Of a stretch of DNA of 64,000 bases, positions 48,001 to 57,700 are shown in pieces. Every line of letters begins with the position of its first letter. The first letter of the stretch is position 1. A program made the position numbers and the translations under genes. Below the pieces are notes generated by a model that saw nothing but the letters and a program-made list of their open reading frames with translations, was not told the origin of the DNA and searched no databases. The stretch is from positions 125,595 through 189,594 of IMG/VR virus record IMGVR_UViG_3300025128_000015, one strand, 5' to 3'. The stretch is from a virus.

Positions 48001-50876
48001 GTGTCAATAATAAATTACAAGACAAAAATTTAAGTTTTGAAAATATTTATAAAGCGATCGAATATAAGCACCCAGGAGGCATGCCCCTCCCAATAAGTGT
48101 TAGGCCCTATAATCAATTAGCTGGATCTGGTCATGATTTTAAGAGCACACCAGATATGGGGAACGCTAGCGGGGACACTGTTTATAAAATGTGTGCATAC
48201 TCTGGAATATTTGCAAATAATATGTTTAAAGATTGTAAAAGCACTCAGTTATATGAAGGCGCCGGCTCCTCATTTAAAAAAATAATTGACGCTACATACG
48301 ATTTTAAAGATGATTTTACAGATATTAAAATTGTTGCCGATGAAGAAGATGAAAACGTTACAACCGCTGGAGATTATTTCAATAAATCTAATGTTAGTGG
48401 CGATAGTGATGTGCATCCTGATAACATAAACTTTCTTCACGGTCAATCGACTTTGGCTAAGTATTACGATGGACCATGGCTGGGCGATTCCGACCACTTC
48501 GAAGAAAGTTTCAAAATGAATTTTTGGGGATACTATCTGGGCTGGTCTCCTGGTTTAGATCCTTTTGACTCAAAAAGCAATAAAACCATTCCAGGAATGG
48601 GTCCAGCTGGAAGTCTAGAGCCTTCTCAAATATGGGTTAAAAATGCTGACAGTATCGATTTTAGAGAGTTGGCGAACAAAAAAACTGATTATCTTCTAGA
48701 GAGAGCCGGCTTTGTGCCCTCTTATTATGCAGGCTATAAGCAGAAAATATCTTTAAATGATTTTGTACAAAAGGAGTTCCCAGTTTTCGATGCGGTTAGT
48801 CATACATATATCGATGAAGATGAAGATAACTTTGGAGTACAATCAAAGTCCTCAATGGTTTCAGTCTTGCGTTCTGATGCTGACGTATATATTGATGACC
48901 TATCAGGAAATTGGCACGATAATGATAATATTAAAGATCTTCCTAAGACACCATCAGATCGCCTTAAATATCCCCGCTCTAAATTAGATGTGTGGAGAGT
49001 CAAAATAAAAAGAAATGATGGTTTAAGTATTTATCATCCGGATTATTCGATAACCGAGCAAGACATATATGACGGAAAAGTTGATGTTATTTACGATAAA
49101 TATTTAAAAGGTCCAAGTGGCGAAGTAACAAAAGAAACAAAAAAAGAATTACTAAACATTAATCAAGATATGCTTATGTCATATGAAAATAGTATGTTTC
49201 GCAAATCAACTGACCCTAATGAGCAAGGAAAGCTAGAAGAACAGCCACCTCTATTTTTGGAAGACGACAGCACTTGGGGTGGAGATCAATATATTGGGTT
49301 GTTTCCGGCCGCAGAAGATTTAGATAATCTAAGAGCTTTAATACAAGCAATTCATATTGGCAAAAATGATAAAGATTCTGGTCAAATTCTAGATATTCTT
49401 AATTTAGGATATAACCCAGATTTTGCAGGAGCTAAGTCTGACTGGGTTCAAGTAAATTCGACAGGAAATAAAAAAATTAATGCTCCAATCTTACACGACG
49501 ACGCTGATAAAACCAGTTACCTCGGCGCCGAAATCATAGATTTATTATCCGGAGGAGGAGACGACAGAGAATTTCGATCACTAATTAATCCTCTCATATT
49601 AAACCAAGGTCCTGGCTTTGGGACCTTCGGAGCCGGCTATAAGTGGACTGAGCATACAAAACAAAAATTGGCTTCCCTGTCGTCAGTTGAGAGTGTGTTG
49701 GAATCGTCTAATATGTATTATATTTCTGCTGGTTTGGGTCAAAAAGACCCATTTGGCTTTCAAACAATAACCACCACCGGGATGGAACTGGGTGATTTAG
49801 CGCCGAGTCCCTCTTACTATGCAGAAGATTACGATGATTTGCCACCAGATCTAAAACAATATTATGTCAAAACAAAATCGGGCGAGCTTGCTGGTAAACC
49901 TGCCATCGAACTAAAAGTTAAGATGAAGAAAAGTAATTATATTGAGTATGCCGGCGGACCAAATGATCCATATTATAATGAATATATTCCAACCCCAGAT
50001 GAGAACGGAGAAATAAATTTTACTATTAAACTCTATCAAGTCCGCCTTCGTTCTGCTAATACGTTGAAATTAGGTGATATTGAATTCGGTGCAAAAATGG
50101 AAATTCAAGAGCTAATTCAAGATAATGACGGATCCGTTTTTATTAGAGAGTTTTTTGTTGGTGATTTAAAAGAAAAACAACAACAAGAAGCGGCCGGGAA
50201 CTTCAACGATATCACTAGTATTTATGAATACTTAAAAGATAAAATGCTATATGGTCCGGATGGAAAAGGATCAAAACAATTCCAGCTTTTATTTAATTAT
50301 ATTTTCCCGCTTAAGCAATATGCTTCCTTTATCGCTGTGTACACATTGTTTTATAGTTTGTATAAAAAAGGATCTGCTTTTGATACAAATGAAAAAATGA
50401 AGCGCCTCTTTACTAATACAAAAATCGACTTGTTTGATCTATTTCAACTCTTGTCAACTGGCGGAGATCCTTATAAAAGATTCGGTATAAGCAATCTAGA
50501 AGAAAATATTGTAAATACTCGAAACGCAGAAGTTTTTAAACAAAATGGAGAAAAAGGTCTGTCGGCATTTGAAGAAAAACAAAACCAAATTTTACAACAG
50601 TTAAGGGCTGAAGGACTAGATCCCGGCTTTTTTGCTCTCTTTGGAGCCCCAACTGACCGAGCGAGCAGCGGCACTGGTGATGACAATATTAGAATTGTTT
50701 TTGAGGTTCTTGCTAGCCTGGTCGACCCTGGCTTTGACACTTTCCCAATAACACCTTTTGGTTGGATTGCACTACTATTGCGACGTCGCGACAGAGAACT
50801 AGCAGGTAAAGCCCCGGAGCCGATCCCAGGTGAATTTATTGATCCAAAGGACGCAGAACTGTGTAAAGATGAATAA
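39015..50876 (+). CDS. 3953-aa giant virion-associated protein with a degenerate peptidoglycan-binding-like domain
   Basis: Single uninterrupted ORF between spike and gp25-like wedge; SSGDAVYKWKVFLN…FNEKTKLATQEY…LGIQGIVSLEAF at ~41980-42245. Confidence 0.7.
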   Translation: MANQKKYEVSTLFRVTESSAKLAQDDDVNWPGVPFRAFQLAVEVNNPVYDPGTYAVLTNLDGAIRDYLLPGAVVKFISNIATVDLAGNLRIDEEYVLVRLIYARSAEEHIVAGTGEVVYPEIQTGKQGFDEFAFVNDYVGLIKRKYLESFIMDPSSIYNELQKAVQKEETAKKISKVLLEKPTYTLKNLKGFWWLPITKEQKHRNKSAFNRNNLVSQFPEQGIVWDSTKTYKVKIMEYATYNDDTAACGDSPSSRCPLALVAVIDADNPHNFAHNWANTDDQSTHLPQEGNAGDKVTPYAKWGYVHYSFLKAAIDATGDLDIPNDPPASSPTTPSSDPNSPPDVGTVESASDFIRDEKKCKYFVNIRARYKGTIEQLKNDNQFNVAVKMEAFSKLLQNYSKIAAFDRFVWMNKGSGSTLYGEKEKKILNQTYSKIQIVDTKKVGSNGEYIISISVPAALFDQIPDGPSLKPYVSQNASDKRCTLFIKKEGASFEDIITSGKDPGNYITLRFSLSDVEELGDTFVNVFHRRYVSEYKKYVDLLYADFQMESDYLLRFISGLRKLAKDNNLDIISSPTKHAHFDIIFDQNFLIKDVIYNKSTPFEGEYYQFKVGAEGFKSKNNNKSTNKLIHDLCSSSALNDSSRPKPEGSNAEKASIAADTRTRFLNHMQILHRTWSRPPSSECLARYSGKDTFDAVPIVFNNNDFFNQFYNNPKPKVKMKTKPSTPRSNENFTEIATFRVGPKSPADRAKEDRSINAMVQREGKELKKTSGSIFSEETNKYVGDLVKSKSVFTMILRSETFFGPKGLYQQLLNKTNLNVWLKSVLECAGYDLKGDDMFEVLCNIVLKNLPWDKIRDEVLMNLNEATGEVTDWTTKALEDIYAEMSTEDFDLNKATAGLGDVLRFADPKWYPGFDQTTKLANSLNVGNTPVSTPESGQTLGGSAPPLKCDDLDDDLVLSMIPGAALDSNATEDNVPYLATPNDAAANSKVYSSGDAVYKWKVFLNYKLSTAPSYVVTETIKYAFTEEEFVKNGSSFNEKTKLATQEYTRQYRWSVFESGTKDALGIQGIVSLEAFREATKWWALTPRAERDKYVSNIVPGTIESTSRITVDNLEKLLGEMPIKFAVSPATVTQLFNNHYLVIKRIISQREISGTPTITGMVTLSLASKSSMIPSVNSSNIIMAELMMAPVANAQEAIYSKINDFVGVLKPNLEDALNRFGIVDYSIEELTESESMNPTDFDQMVEDTNQETGEIVQYQSFLSQPQVPTDFQSFKTQLDGYISAGAFSKEGQIRLVNNLVNNYNLEISALVTAHCNPEFLCKHLEKYILDLMAFFDTGDLSKIGLGKVSDFFKNFNIEDFLGNIGKLWVAAILKQIDQSLLMSFKWLARYIQLNCELMMSEAGKAIMEEVNKLDDGFAKDASKFGLGLFNLDTEPDPEEAENIIQIVFPAQAIGDPSVDENDYEFQGVDKFRVDDDKYDKIDVNKTKMLREARKFIEIITPKDKQVIEQALQEIQSFLYRILLSHSSKKLVALFSGNANSALLEEMLLLIQNKYPSLNKVLDSVSAINSFFNFVGASVDLELFINSVVSRKIIEDSCEIKELSEDLQVLSSKAILALEEQNRIRNQYISKIADMAIDNGALSGVPNTLSVDHDLVAYPDSIPFLDNAMATARDTIMDSIEESYRSDIRNIRSIFMKFDISLKNEETGDVFDGFSELAGSLAANGDSAADVFDSYLNALADYTKGDSEVVQFGNDNYKIEMGFEEELYPELQDSLRGKKEFFIDRVYKIAAVNGPNSPNEQRLDIFPFLDYLPEEFEKFYNSFIEPKENNAGIAVKPNANFAFVMGINTQNTLQMNEYESGLATINYDTYVVLDPFKNHATMTSVVANTADGKYTTAVINNENVMFSWQSGMYTNPAELFGTAKVKTFTYGDPCSLDDLTIPYEVFEEINFKNQSDDAFPEIKDPLLGNIAENLPLDLKDFDSFTNTLPQARMFSKYVMNIFYKNIFEQKRGVYASMPDNLAEKAEKVRSILETYVFPRVTNNIIRSFGEYTSNSRYFNTKEVYKLTETLCDPSKIPFDLIDLGKIKDDLLKRYTQHRKKLLIDEQTTENYDAPSNGAFELAMMEGAVRLIIRTYLAELLLRAVFLFDRYIFAEIMDNEMFKELFAKQFLAGLQTYIGNQDPEIFRAMFLTECRYIVKTTWDSTPSNLKKYTKKQVLNDETTMIKHLVTLEINDIGAKINSLFSLDNEKIKPLKEIFFDDLKFGFLRNSGISYGTDTTPTSYFMFDYSNIYNAKVPDPIAKMSKKDQMTIDQASKQGFAELQEDSIYFDVNGNEISYEGLPDGIFPEGISTEFKLGFGDFVIEPYVRLVDWEVGEKENIDAESPNMSFPLTMFDESFGEGGQIEKDFGITGYVREDKYRGILALRDLQDFAIDLMDHLVVHDQINQEENPNQAGSSLQNFGKHELPLSTFYKELKWGIRLNLIIPADPYSGENKPFAKLEEVFNSFFSSSPFENRWVPGIHKSYRIWRQPKDVKGKPSGKKVPYFVIPLTYEEVEANQAGEGNGLIGFATNLYNQSFKKLAAIKPKDYDLQLARYIKYPSDEDVYKIKFNMGYRDEAYELFEEGTTAGEILPILIHSEDGTSISQKKYYEGPSSVERELIKHYHGKDILEDGSIEQKYLDLTSDISYEQALYDDSGGDGNFAAIKNIDKIRQDVEITYKSLLTTKYARNQFAQWMGIGVELDEEPYTRTQTKINKIERDTTRPDYHPLKTPELVGRPDFNAKFIIDYASNDDLYPHGAINDIGCKKTGYNMYQKIFAGNGTGYLSYIDNLETMYQAPADDGIGGGYGSIEYEDNGKYDSPPLYDTNFRNMSIYKMTRCQKSPSWKQVGAVYPNGEQIKTISEPKTLNTTQTLSPLKISINDIFPAEKYHWSQVVTDNQETFVNSVLSALGSFNYSSVAIDECIDLHLPGFDPDKPFDSKQEYESWKQNNEQNITNFFECVNNKLQDKNLSFENIYKAIEYKHPGGMPLPISVRPYNQLAGSGHDFKSTPDMGNASGDTVYKMCAYSGIFANNMFKDCKSTQLYEGAGSSFKKIIDATYDFKDDFTDIKIVADEEDENVTTAGDYFNKSNVSGDSDVHPDNINFLHGQSTLAKYYDGPWLGDSDHFEESFKMNFWGYYLGWSPGLDPFDSKSNKTIPGMGPAGSLEPSQIWVKNADSIDFRELANKKTDYLLERAGFVPSYYAGYKQKISLNDFVQKEFPVFDAVSHTYIDEDEDNFGVQSKSSMVSVLRSDADVYIDDLSGNWHDNDNIKDLPKTPSDRLKYPRSKLDVWRVKIKRNDGLSIYHPDYSITEQDIYDGKVDVIYDKYLKGPSGEVTKETKKELLNINQDMLMSYENSMFRKSTDPNEQGKLEEQPPLFLEDDSTWGGDQYIGLFPAAEDLDNLRALIQAIHIGKNDKDSGQILDILNLGYNPDFAGAKSDWVQVNSTGNKKINAPILHDDADKTSYLGAEIIDLLSGGGDDREFRSLINPLILNQGPGFGTFGAGYKWTEHTKQKLASLSSVESVLESSNMYYISAGLGQKDPFGFQTITTTGMELGDLAPSPSYYAEDYDDLPPDLKQYYVKTKSGELAGKPAIELKVKMKKSNYIEYAGGPNDPYYNEYIPTPDENGEINFTIKLYQVRLRSANTLKLGDIEFGAKMEIQELIQDNDGSVFIREFFVGDLKEKQQQEAAGNFNDITSIYEYLKDKMLYGPDGKGSKQFQLLFNYIFPLKQYASFIAVYTLFYSLYKKGSAFDTNEKMKRLFTNTKIDLFDLFQLLSTGGDPYKRFGISNLEENIVNTRNAEVFKQNGEKGLSAFEEKQNQILQQLRAEGLDPGFFALFGAPTDRASSGTGDDNIRIVFEVLASLVDPGFDTFPITPFGWIALLLRRRDRELAGKAPEPIPGEFIDPKDAELCKDE

Positions 50877-50926
50877 AAAGTGTCAATATTTGAGTAAAAA
50901 TATAATTAAGTATAAGGAGTTGTGTT

Positions 50927-51355
50927 ATGTCTAAAATTGGTTATTCTCCATCATTGCCGCTAGTTTATGATAATGAAAGTGGTCCGTATGACATGCTGAA
51001 TACACTAGAAGGCATTATTAAACAAAACCTTAAGATGCTCCTTTTAACGTCACCAGGCGAAAGAATTATGATACCAGATTACGGTGTTGGTCTAAAAAAT
51101 TATCTTTTTGAACATAATACTTTGGTGACCAGGGACGATATTAGAAGTAGAATTATAGAACAAGTTAATATTTTCATGCCTTTTTTGGAAGACATTGATA
51201 TTGCTGTAGCTGATACTTCTCCAGAAGGATCAAATAACATTTCGGTGATGGTTTCTTATTTTATTGGACCAATAGAAAAACAAGGATTTGTTCAGTTAGT
51301 TCTAAGTCCAAGCATCAATGAATCAGGTGAAATAGATTCAATTTTAGATCAATAA
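50927..51355 (+). CDS. Baseplate wedge protein, T4 gp25-like
   Basis: IKQNLKMLLLTSPGERIMIPDYGVGLKNYLFE; SD AAGGAG. Confidence 0.9.
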   Translation: MSKIGYSPSLPLVYDNESGPYDMLNTLEGIIKQNLKMLLLTSPGERIMIPDYGVGLKNYLFEHNTLVTRDDIRSRIIEQVNIFMPFLEDIDIAVADTSPEGSNNISVMVSYFIGPIEKQGFVQLVLSPSINESGEIDSILDQ

Positions 51356-51374
51356 CTTTAGGTGGGATTAAAAA

Positions 51375-53174
51375 ATGCCAAGTGGAAAAAATTTAAGTAT
51401 AAAATATACTAATCGCGACTTTGATTCAATTAAGAGTGATATGATTAGTTACGCAAAAAAATATTACCCTGATCAGTTTAAGGACTTTAACGAAGGATCG
51501 TTTGGATCATTGATGGTTGATTTGGTTTCTTATATTGGCGACTCGCTTTCTTTTGCTTTGGATTATCATGTTAATGAAAGTTTCTTGGAAAATTCCTTTG
51601 AGCTTAAAAACGTTCTTAGACATGCCAGAAGCTTAGGATACAAACATAAACCAGTGGCCAACTCATTTGGTGTTGTTGATTTATACGTCCTTGTTAGAGC
51701 AAATACCGCCACACACACACCTATCGTAGACTATTTGCCAACAATTAAAAAAGGGACCACCTTTTCTACTCCTGCCGGCAAGAATTATACTCTGGCAGAA
51801 GATGTTAGTTTTGCTTCTTCGGATACAATTTACAAAGTTGCAAGAACAGATGCCAATAAGATTCCAACTCATTTTGTGTTAAAGAATTCAGGACAAGTAA
51901 TTTCTGGTAACGTCGTCGAAGAAAAATTTGAAATAGAAGATTTTGTTAGATTTCAAAAAATATCTTTAGGTGATCAAAACATAACAGAGATAATCTCAGT
52001 TATAGATTCAGAAGGTAATGAATATTTTGAAGTTGATTACTTATCCCAAGATGTTATATATCGAACGGCCTCCAATACAGATCCTGCAACAGAAGCTGAT
52101 GTACCCTCTGTTCTTAAACCTATGGCTATTCCACGACGATTTGTTATTGAAAGAGACGAGTTTAATATTCCTTATATGCAATTTGGAACTGTATCCAATA
52201 ACGATGTTTTAAATAAAGATTTCGTTGATCCAAGCGAAGTTGTGATGCAACTTCACGCAAAAGACTATATATCAGATAATTCATTTGATCCAAATAATAT
52301 GTTTTCTAATGATAAGTTTGGAATTGGACCAGCAAACACAACATTGACAATCGCCTATAGAACAACAAACGTTGATAATGTTAACGCATCGGCAAACTCA
52401 ATTACACAAATTTTAGATGCTGACATAACATTTAAGAATGAGGTATCGATTCCAGCCACAACAAGAACAGAAATTATTAATAGTTTAGAAGTAAACAACC
52501 CTGCGCCTATTACTGGTGACGTATCAAACATAGAAATATCTGAAGCAAAAACATTAGCTTACGATAGTTACGCAACACAAAACAGAGCAGTTACAAAAAA
52601 TGATTATATCAGTATAATTTACAGAATGCCTCGCGGACTAGGAGCCATCAAAAGAGCGAACGTATTTCAAGACAACGATGCGTTCAAGAGAAATATCAAT
52701 GTGTATGTTTTATCAGAGGATAAATCAAATAATTTAATTCGAACATCCGCAATTATTAAAAATAACTTAAAATCTTATCTAAATTTGAATAAAATGATTA
52801 ACGATTCGATTGATATTTTGGATGCACACGTAGTAAATATTGGTATAGATTTTACAATCTTAGCACAAGAAAATGTTGACAAGCACGATGCTCTTGTCGC
52901 TGCCTTATCTTATTTGAAAAAAGAAATATTGGTACCAAAGATGAATATTGGCGAGCCATTTTATGTAACAGAAGTATATAGAATATTAAAAGAGGTTGAT
53001 GAAGTGTTAGATGTTGTGGACGTAAAAATTAATAATAAAACATCTGCAAATCATTCTGGTGTATATTACAATGTTAAACAAAACACTAGTTCTGATGGTA
53101 GAATTGTAAACTCAAAAGAAAATATATGTTTCGAAATTAAGTTTGGTGATGACATCCAAGGAGCGGTCATATAA
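51375..53174 (+). CDS. Baseplate wedge protein, T4 gp6/baseplate J-like
   Basis: YTNRDFDSIK…DFNEGS…SYIGD…, QNRAVTKNDY. Confidence 0.88.
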   Translation: MPSGKNLSIKYTNRDFDSIKSDMISYAKKYYPDQFKDFNEGSFGSLMVDLVSYIGDSLSFALDYHVNESFLENSFELKNVLRHARSLGYKHKPVANSFGVVDLYVLVRANTATHTPIVDYLPTIKKGTTFSTPAGKNYTLAEDVSFASSDTIYKVARTDANKIPTHFVLKNSGQVISGNVVEEKFEIEDFVRFQKISLGDQNITEIISVIDSEGNEYFEVDYLSQDVIYRTASNTDPATEADVPSVLKPMAIPRRFVIERDEFNIPYMQFGTVSNNDVLNKDFVDPSEVVMQLHAKDYISDNSFDPNNMFSNDKFGIGPANTTLTIAYRTTNVDNVNASANSITQILDADITFKNEVSIPATTRTEIINSLEVNNPAPITGDVSNIEISEAKTLAYDSYATQNRAVTKNDYISIIYRMPRGLGAIKRANVFQDNDAFKRNINVYVLSEDKSNNLIRTSAIIKNNLKSYLNLNKMINDSIDILDAHVVNIGIDFTILAQENVDKHDALVAALSYLKKEILVPKMNIGEPFYVTEVYRILKEVDEVLDVVDVKINNKTSANHSGVYYNVKQNTSSDGRIVNSKENICFEIKFGDDIQGAVI

Positions 53175-54754
53175 TGGGGATCAAGAGATACGTAGCGTCA
53201 GAAGATAATACTATTACAAATGCTTTCAAGCATAGTTTGACTTCTCGTGGTTATGATGCAAATATGGGAGCATCAGATATATTAGAAGTGTTTTCTATTT
53301 ACGGACAAGCCACAACAAGCTCGGCCGAAGCATCAAGGATGTTAGTTCGATTTCCCGTCACAGATATTACAGCAGATAGAACAGCCGGCACGGTACCAGC
53401 ATCAGGTAATGTTAATTTTTATTTAAGAATATACAACGCCAAACATTCGCAAACACTTCCACGCGATTATAAGCTAGTCTTTCTTCCCATATCTCAATCG
53501 TGGAACGAAGGTGGCGGAGTTGATATGGACGAGTATAAGGACAAAGGTTTTCCAACAATTACTGGTTCAACATGGATGACAGCATCGTACACAAATCGAT
53601 GGCACACTCCTGGCGGAGATTTCTATGTAAAGCCAGTTTATACTCAAACCTTTAAAGACGGACCAGAAGATATAGAAGTTAATATTACATCAATGGTAGA
53701 AGAATGGATGGCCGGTACAAAACCTAACTATGGAGTTGGTATATTCTTAACTGGATCACAAGAAGCTTATGTTGAAGTGGTCGACAAGTCAGATAAAAGC
53801 CCAGCACCTTCGGTTCCCGTTAATGCAGCCGGCGCCAAACGATCTTACTACACTAAAAAATTCCATGGAAGAACGAGCGAATTCTTCTTTAAGCGACCTG
53901 TTATTGAAGCTCGTTGGGACGGACATCTTACAGATGACAGATCTAATTTCTACTACAGCAGTTCCTTGGGAGACATTGAAGATAATAGAAACACGTTATA
54001 CTTATACAATTTCGTGAGAGGAAGATTAAAAAATATTAAAGGAATTGGTAAAAAAGTAGCGATCTACGTGAGTTTATACTCCGGAAGTGTTGATAATAGC
54101 GCACCAACAGGCAGCAAATTATCAGCTTCAGGTGATACCAAGAATATTAATCAGACAATTATGACAAATATTACTGGAGGATACGCTTGGCAAGGTACCG
54201 GTATATACACCGCTAGCTTCGCTCTCACAGGCAACACAGAAGGAATCCTTACAAAGGTATTCGATGTGTGGCATAATGCGTCAGGATCGGTATTAAACGC
54301 TGGTACGGTGCAATATGCTACAGGCACGTTTAATCCAATGTTCTTGTCAGCCTCTTTAGCTAGTCCAAATACAAAATACATTGTTTCGATGCCAGACTTG
54401 CAGAGTTCATATGACGCAAATGAAACAGTTAGATTTAGAGTTAGTAGCAGAATGAAATACTGGCAACCAAATAATTACACTGTTGCATCTTCTCCAGCGC
54501 AAAACATGATTATTGAAAGTGGTTCTTACAAAATTTATAGAGTTAAAGACGATTTAGAAATTATTAAACATTGTACAGGCTCCTCAGATGGTGAAACACT
54601 TATGTCATATGATCGCGATGGTAACTTTTTTGACTTGGATATGAAATTACTCAAGCCAGATGTAGCATATGGAATTGAATACGCTTATTATGATGGCGAT
54701 AAATGGGCGGTTCAAAAAGATAGATTTAAATTTAGGGTCGAAAAGAAAGAATAA
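53174..54754 (+). CDS. Virion structural protein (DNRLRE-like beta-sandwich plus Ig-like tail)
   Basis: EDNTI…NMGASDILEV…SRMLVRF…WNEG…NYG…KFHGR…PVIEARWD pattern; baseplate context. Confidence 0.55.
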   Translation: MGIKRYVASEDNTITNAFKHSLTSRGYDANMGASDILEVFSIYGQATTSSAEASRMLVRFPVTDITADRTAGTVPASGNVNFYLRIYNAKHSQTLPRDYKLVFLPISQSWNEGGGVDMDEYKDKGFPTITGSTWMTASYTNRWHTPGGDFYVKPVYTQTFKDGPEDIEVNITSMVEEWMAGTKPNYGVGIFLTGSQEAYVEVVDKSDKSPAPSVPVNAAGAKRSYYTKKFHGRTSEFFFKRPVIEARWDGHLTDDRSNFYYSSSLGDIEDNRNTLYLYNFVRGRLKNIKGIGKKVAIYVSLYSGSVDNSAPTGSKLSASGDTKNINQTIMTNITGGYAWQGTGIYTASFALTGNTEGILTKVFDVWHNASGSVLNAGTVQYATGTFNPMFLSASLASPNTKYIVSMPDLQSSYDANETVRFRVSSRMKYWQPNNYTVASSPAQNMIIESGSYKIYRVKDDLEIIKHCTGSSDGETLMSYDRDGNFFDLDMKLLKPDVAYGIEYAYYDGDKWAVQKDRFKFRVEKKE

Positions 54755-54766
54755 TTGGTTTGATGA

Positions 54767-57700
54767 ATGTCTTACAATAGTTTAAAAAATTTGTTTGAGA
54801 AGGATTCGCAGAAAATAATCGCGCAGACTTCTAGTTTAGGTACGTTGGGCAATAAAACAGAGTCCGAGGGATACCTAAAGGCTTATAAAGTATACAAAGA
54901 GAGAGTAACGCCTCAAATTGATTTTTCTAAGCCTAAGAACTGGGTACGCTATGGCTCTGCAGAACAGTATTATGTCGACGCAACTGCCAATATATATGAT
55001 TCTTATCCTTATGATGGATCTGAAAAAGAAAAAATAGAGTGGCACAACAGCTCGTCGTACTTTGAAAATTATGTTTTTGAAAATGAGTATCCTAGAACAA
55101 ATGGACATATTGTTTTAAACAATATACGACCGTCTCCGGGCTCTGGAAGCTACGGTTCAGGTGGAGATCCACAATATATTCTAACAACTGGCTCAATGGC
55201 CAAAGACAATGTATATGATTTGTCTAAGAACAGAGCAGAAAATCTTTTTGTTGACCTGTCAAAAGACGGAGCAACAGTAGAATTCTGGTTAAAAAAGAAC
55301 GGATTTCTTGGCTCTCTGAAAACAAAAAGAGAAGTTATCTATGATTTATGGAATAACGAGCTAGTTTCAAGTACAGCATACGGCCGATTACGAATCGAAA
55401 TGGATTCAACAAGAGCAGACACAGTTTTTCTGCTAACAGCAGCTTCTGGCTCAGCCGGCGTAAAATTAGCCACAATTGGAACAACAGGTTCTCACGGAGC
55501 TGGTTTTACAACTTCTAAAGTTGGCGATGATAAATGGCAGCACTATGCATTCACTTTTAAGAATACTACAACAAACAATATTGAATGTGAGATGTATCAC
55601 AATGGTAAATACATAGAAACAATTGTTACTGGTTCAAACATAAATGCTATTTCCGGCGCCATATCTTGGTCACAAAATAAACCAATAGTTTCTACAATTG
55701 GTGCTCTTGCCCATAGAACTTCTTATGCCTTAGACTCGATTGCAAAATTAGGTCACGGATCTTTAAGTGCATCGATAGATGAGTTTAGATTTTGGAAAAC
55801 ACGCAGAACTGCAAAAGAAATTGGAACTAACTGGTTTGGACAAGTTGGTGGCGGGTCAAACACTGATGACGCAAACACAAAATTGGGCTTGTATTATAAG
55901 TTTAATGAAGGGATAACTACTACATCAACCATCGATGAAATCATATTAGACTATTCTGGTCGTGTATCAAATGGTAAGTTTGTTGGGTACAGCGCAGCTA
56001 GCAAACATAGAGCAACCGGATCTGCCATGTTGAATTCTGGATATGCTAAATTTGAGTTTAAAGACCCGATTATTTATGATGAACACCCAGATGTAGGCGC
56101 GTATATAGCTCAGAAAAAACTTACAGGCTCGATGTATGATGATACGAATCCTTCATACTTGTATTACACATTCCCTCAATGGGTTATTGAAGATGATGAA
56201 AAGGGACAACTTCATAAACTAACTCAGATCATGGCCAGTTATTTTGACTCTCTTCATTTGCAAATTGCTCAAATACACAAACTTAAGAGCGTCAACTATC
56301 CAAGCGGAACACAAAAGCCTTATCCGTTTATGAATCAACTTCTGCAGGATAAGGGTTTTTATATATCTGAGTTATTTAACAATTCTGATTTGATAGAGAC
56401 TTATAGTAATCAAACAGAAGATTTTGTTATCAAAGATAAGCTTCATGACATTAAGAATAGAATTTATCAAAACATATATAATAACTTGACATATATCTAC
56501 AAAACAAAAGGTACTGAGCAGTCTATTACTGCTCTCTTACGATGCCTTGGACTAGGTGATGACCTAGTAAAAGTAAATTATTATGGCAACAACAATGAAT
56601 ATCTTTTCAGAGAGAATTTTAGAAATGCAACTGTAAAGAAAAGATTCCTTAATATGTCTGATTCTAGTTTTACTGGAACTGTATATCAGAGCACGGGCTC
56701 GGGTGATTCTGTGGCATCGTCTTTTTATAATCGACTTGCAGTTTCTCATCTTCAAGGTGGAGAAAGCTTGTATGATATACCAATGACTTTGGAAACTAAT
56801 GTATTTTTTCCAAAGAACGTGGAAGGTTCAAATAATGTTAACACCGAAATGACGTCCTCTATTATTGGTATGCATACAATCGATACTTCAGGTGATTTTG
56901 GTTTGCATTCAAATACATGGTCAAAAGAGGGATTTAATACACCAGCTTCATTTGAAGATGCAGCAAATCTACACATTCTTGCTGAAAAACATCCACAATT
57001 CAAACACCATGTACGTTTTCACATATCGGGCTCTTATCGTGGAACAATTGCTATGTCCAGTTCATGGGTTAAAAACGTTTATGATAACGAACATTGGAAT
57101 TTAAGTGCCCGTATTCGTCCCAAGAATCATGAACAATTTTATACTTATACAAACTTAGGCAAGGTTGGTGCGGCCGCAACAGCTATGTATACTAGCGCCT
57201 CATACGAATTAATTTTTCATGGTGCACATGCTAATTTAGGTACAATAGAGAAAGAATTTACTTTAAGCAAGGACTTAACATTCAATCAAGCTACGGCTTT
57301 CTTAACAAGTTCTAAGAAAATTTATGTTGGTTCACACAGAATCAATTATACGGGTAGTGTTATTAATAAAAGTGACGTCGATGTAACTTCTGTAAGGTTT
57401 TGGCACAATAACTTAACTGATCAAGAACTTCAGTCTCACATAAAAGATATAACAAATTATGGTGTTGAATCGCCTTATGGCAATTCACTTATATCTCTAT
57501 CAGGAAATTCTCCTCACAATGATCAGAAATATATGAACACTTTATCAGGAGCTTACGTCCCTAACTATAAGACGCTAGCTCTTCACTGGAATTTCGAAAA
57601 TATCTCTGGTTCTGGACCGATTGGTGGTTTTGACGTCTTTGACTTTTCTTCGGCCTCAATGCCTTCACCAACCAACGCATACAACGACTTTACACCGTTT

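Noticed and set aside
50858-50886. Antisense promoter (TTGACA on the - strand at 50881-50886)
   Set aside because: No plausible -10 hexamer at 16-18 nt spacing.
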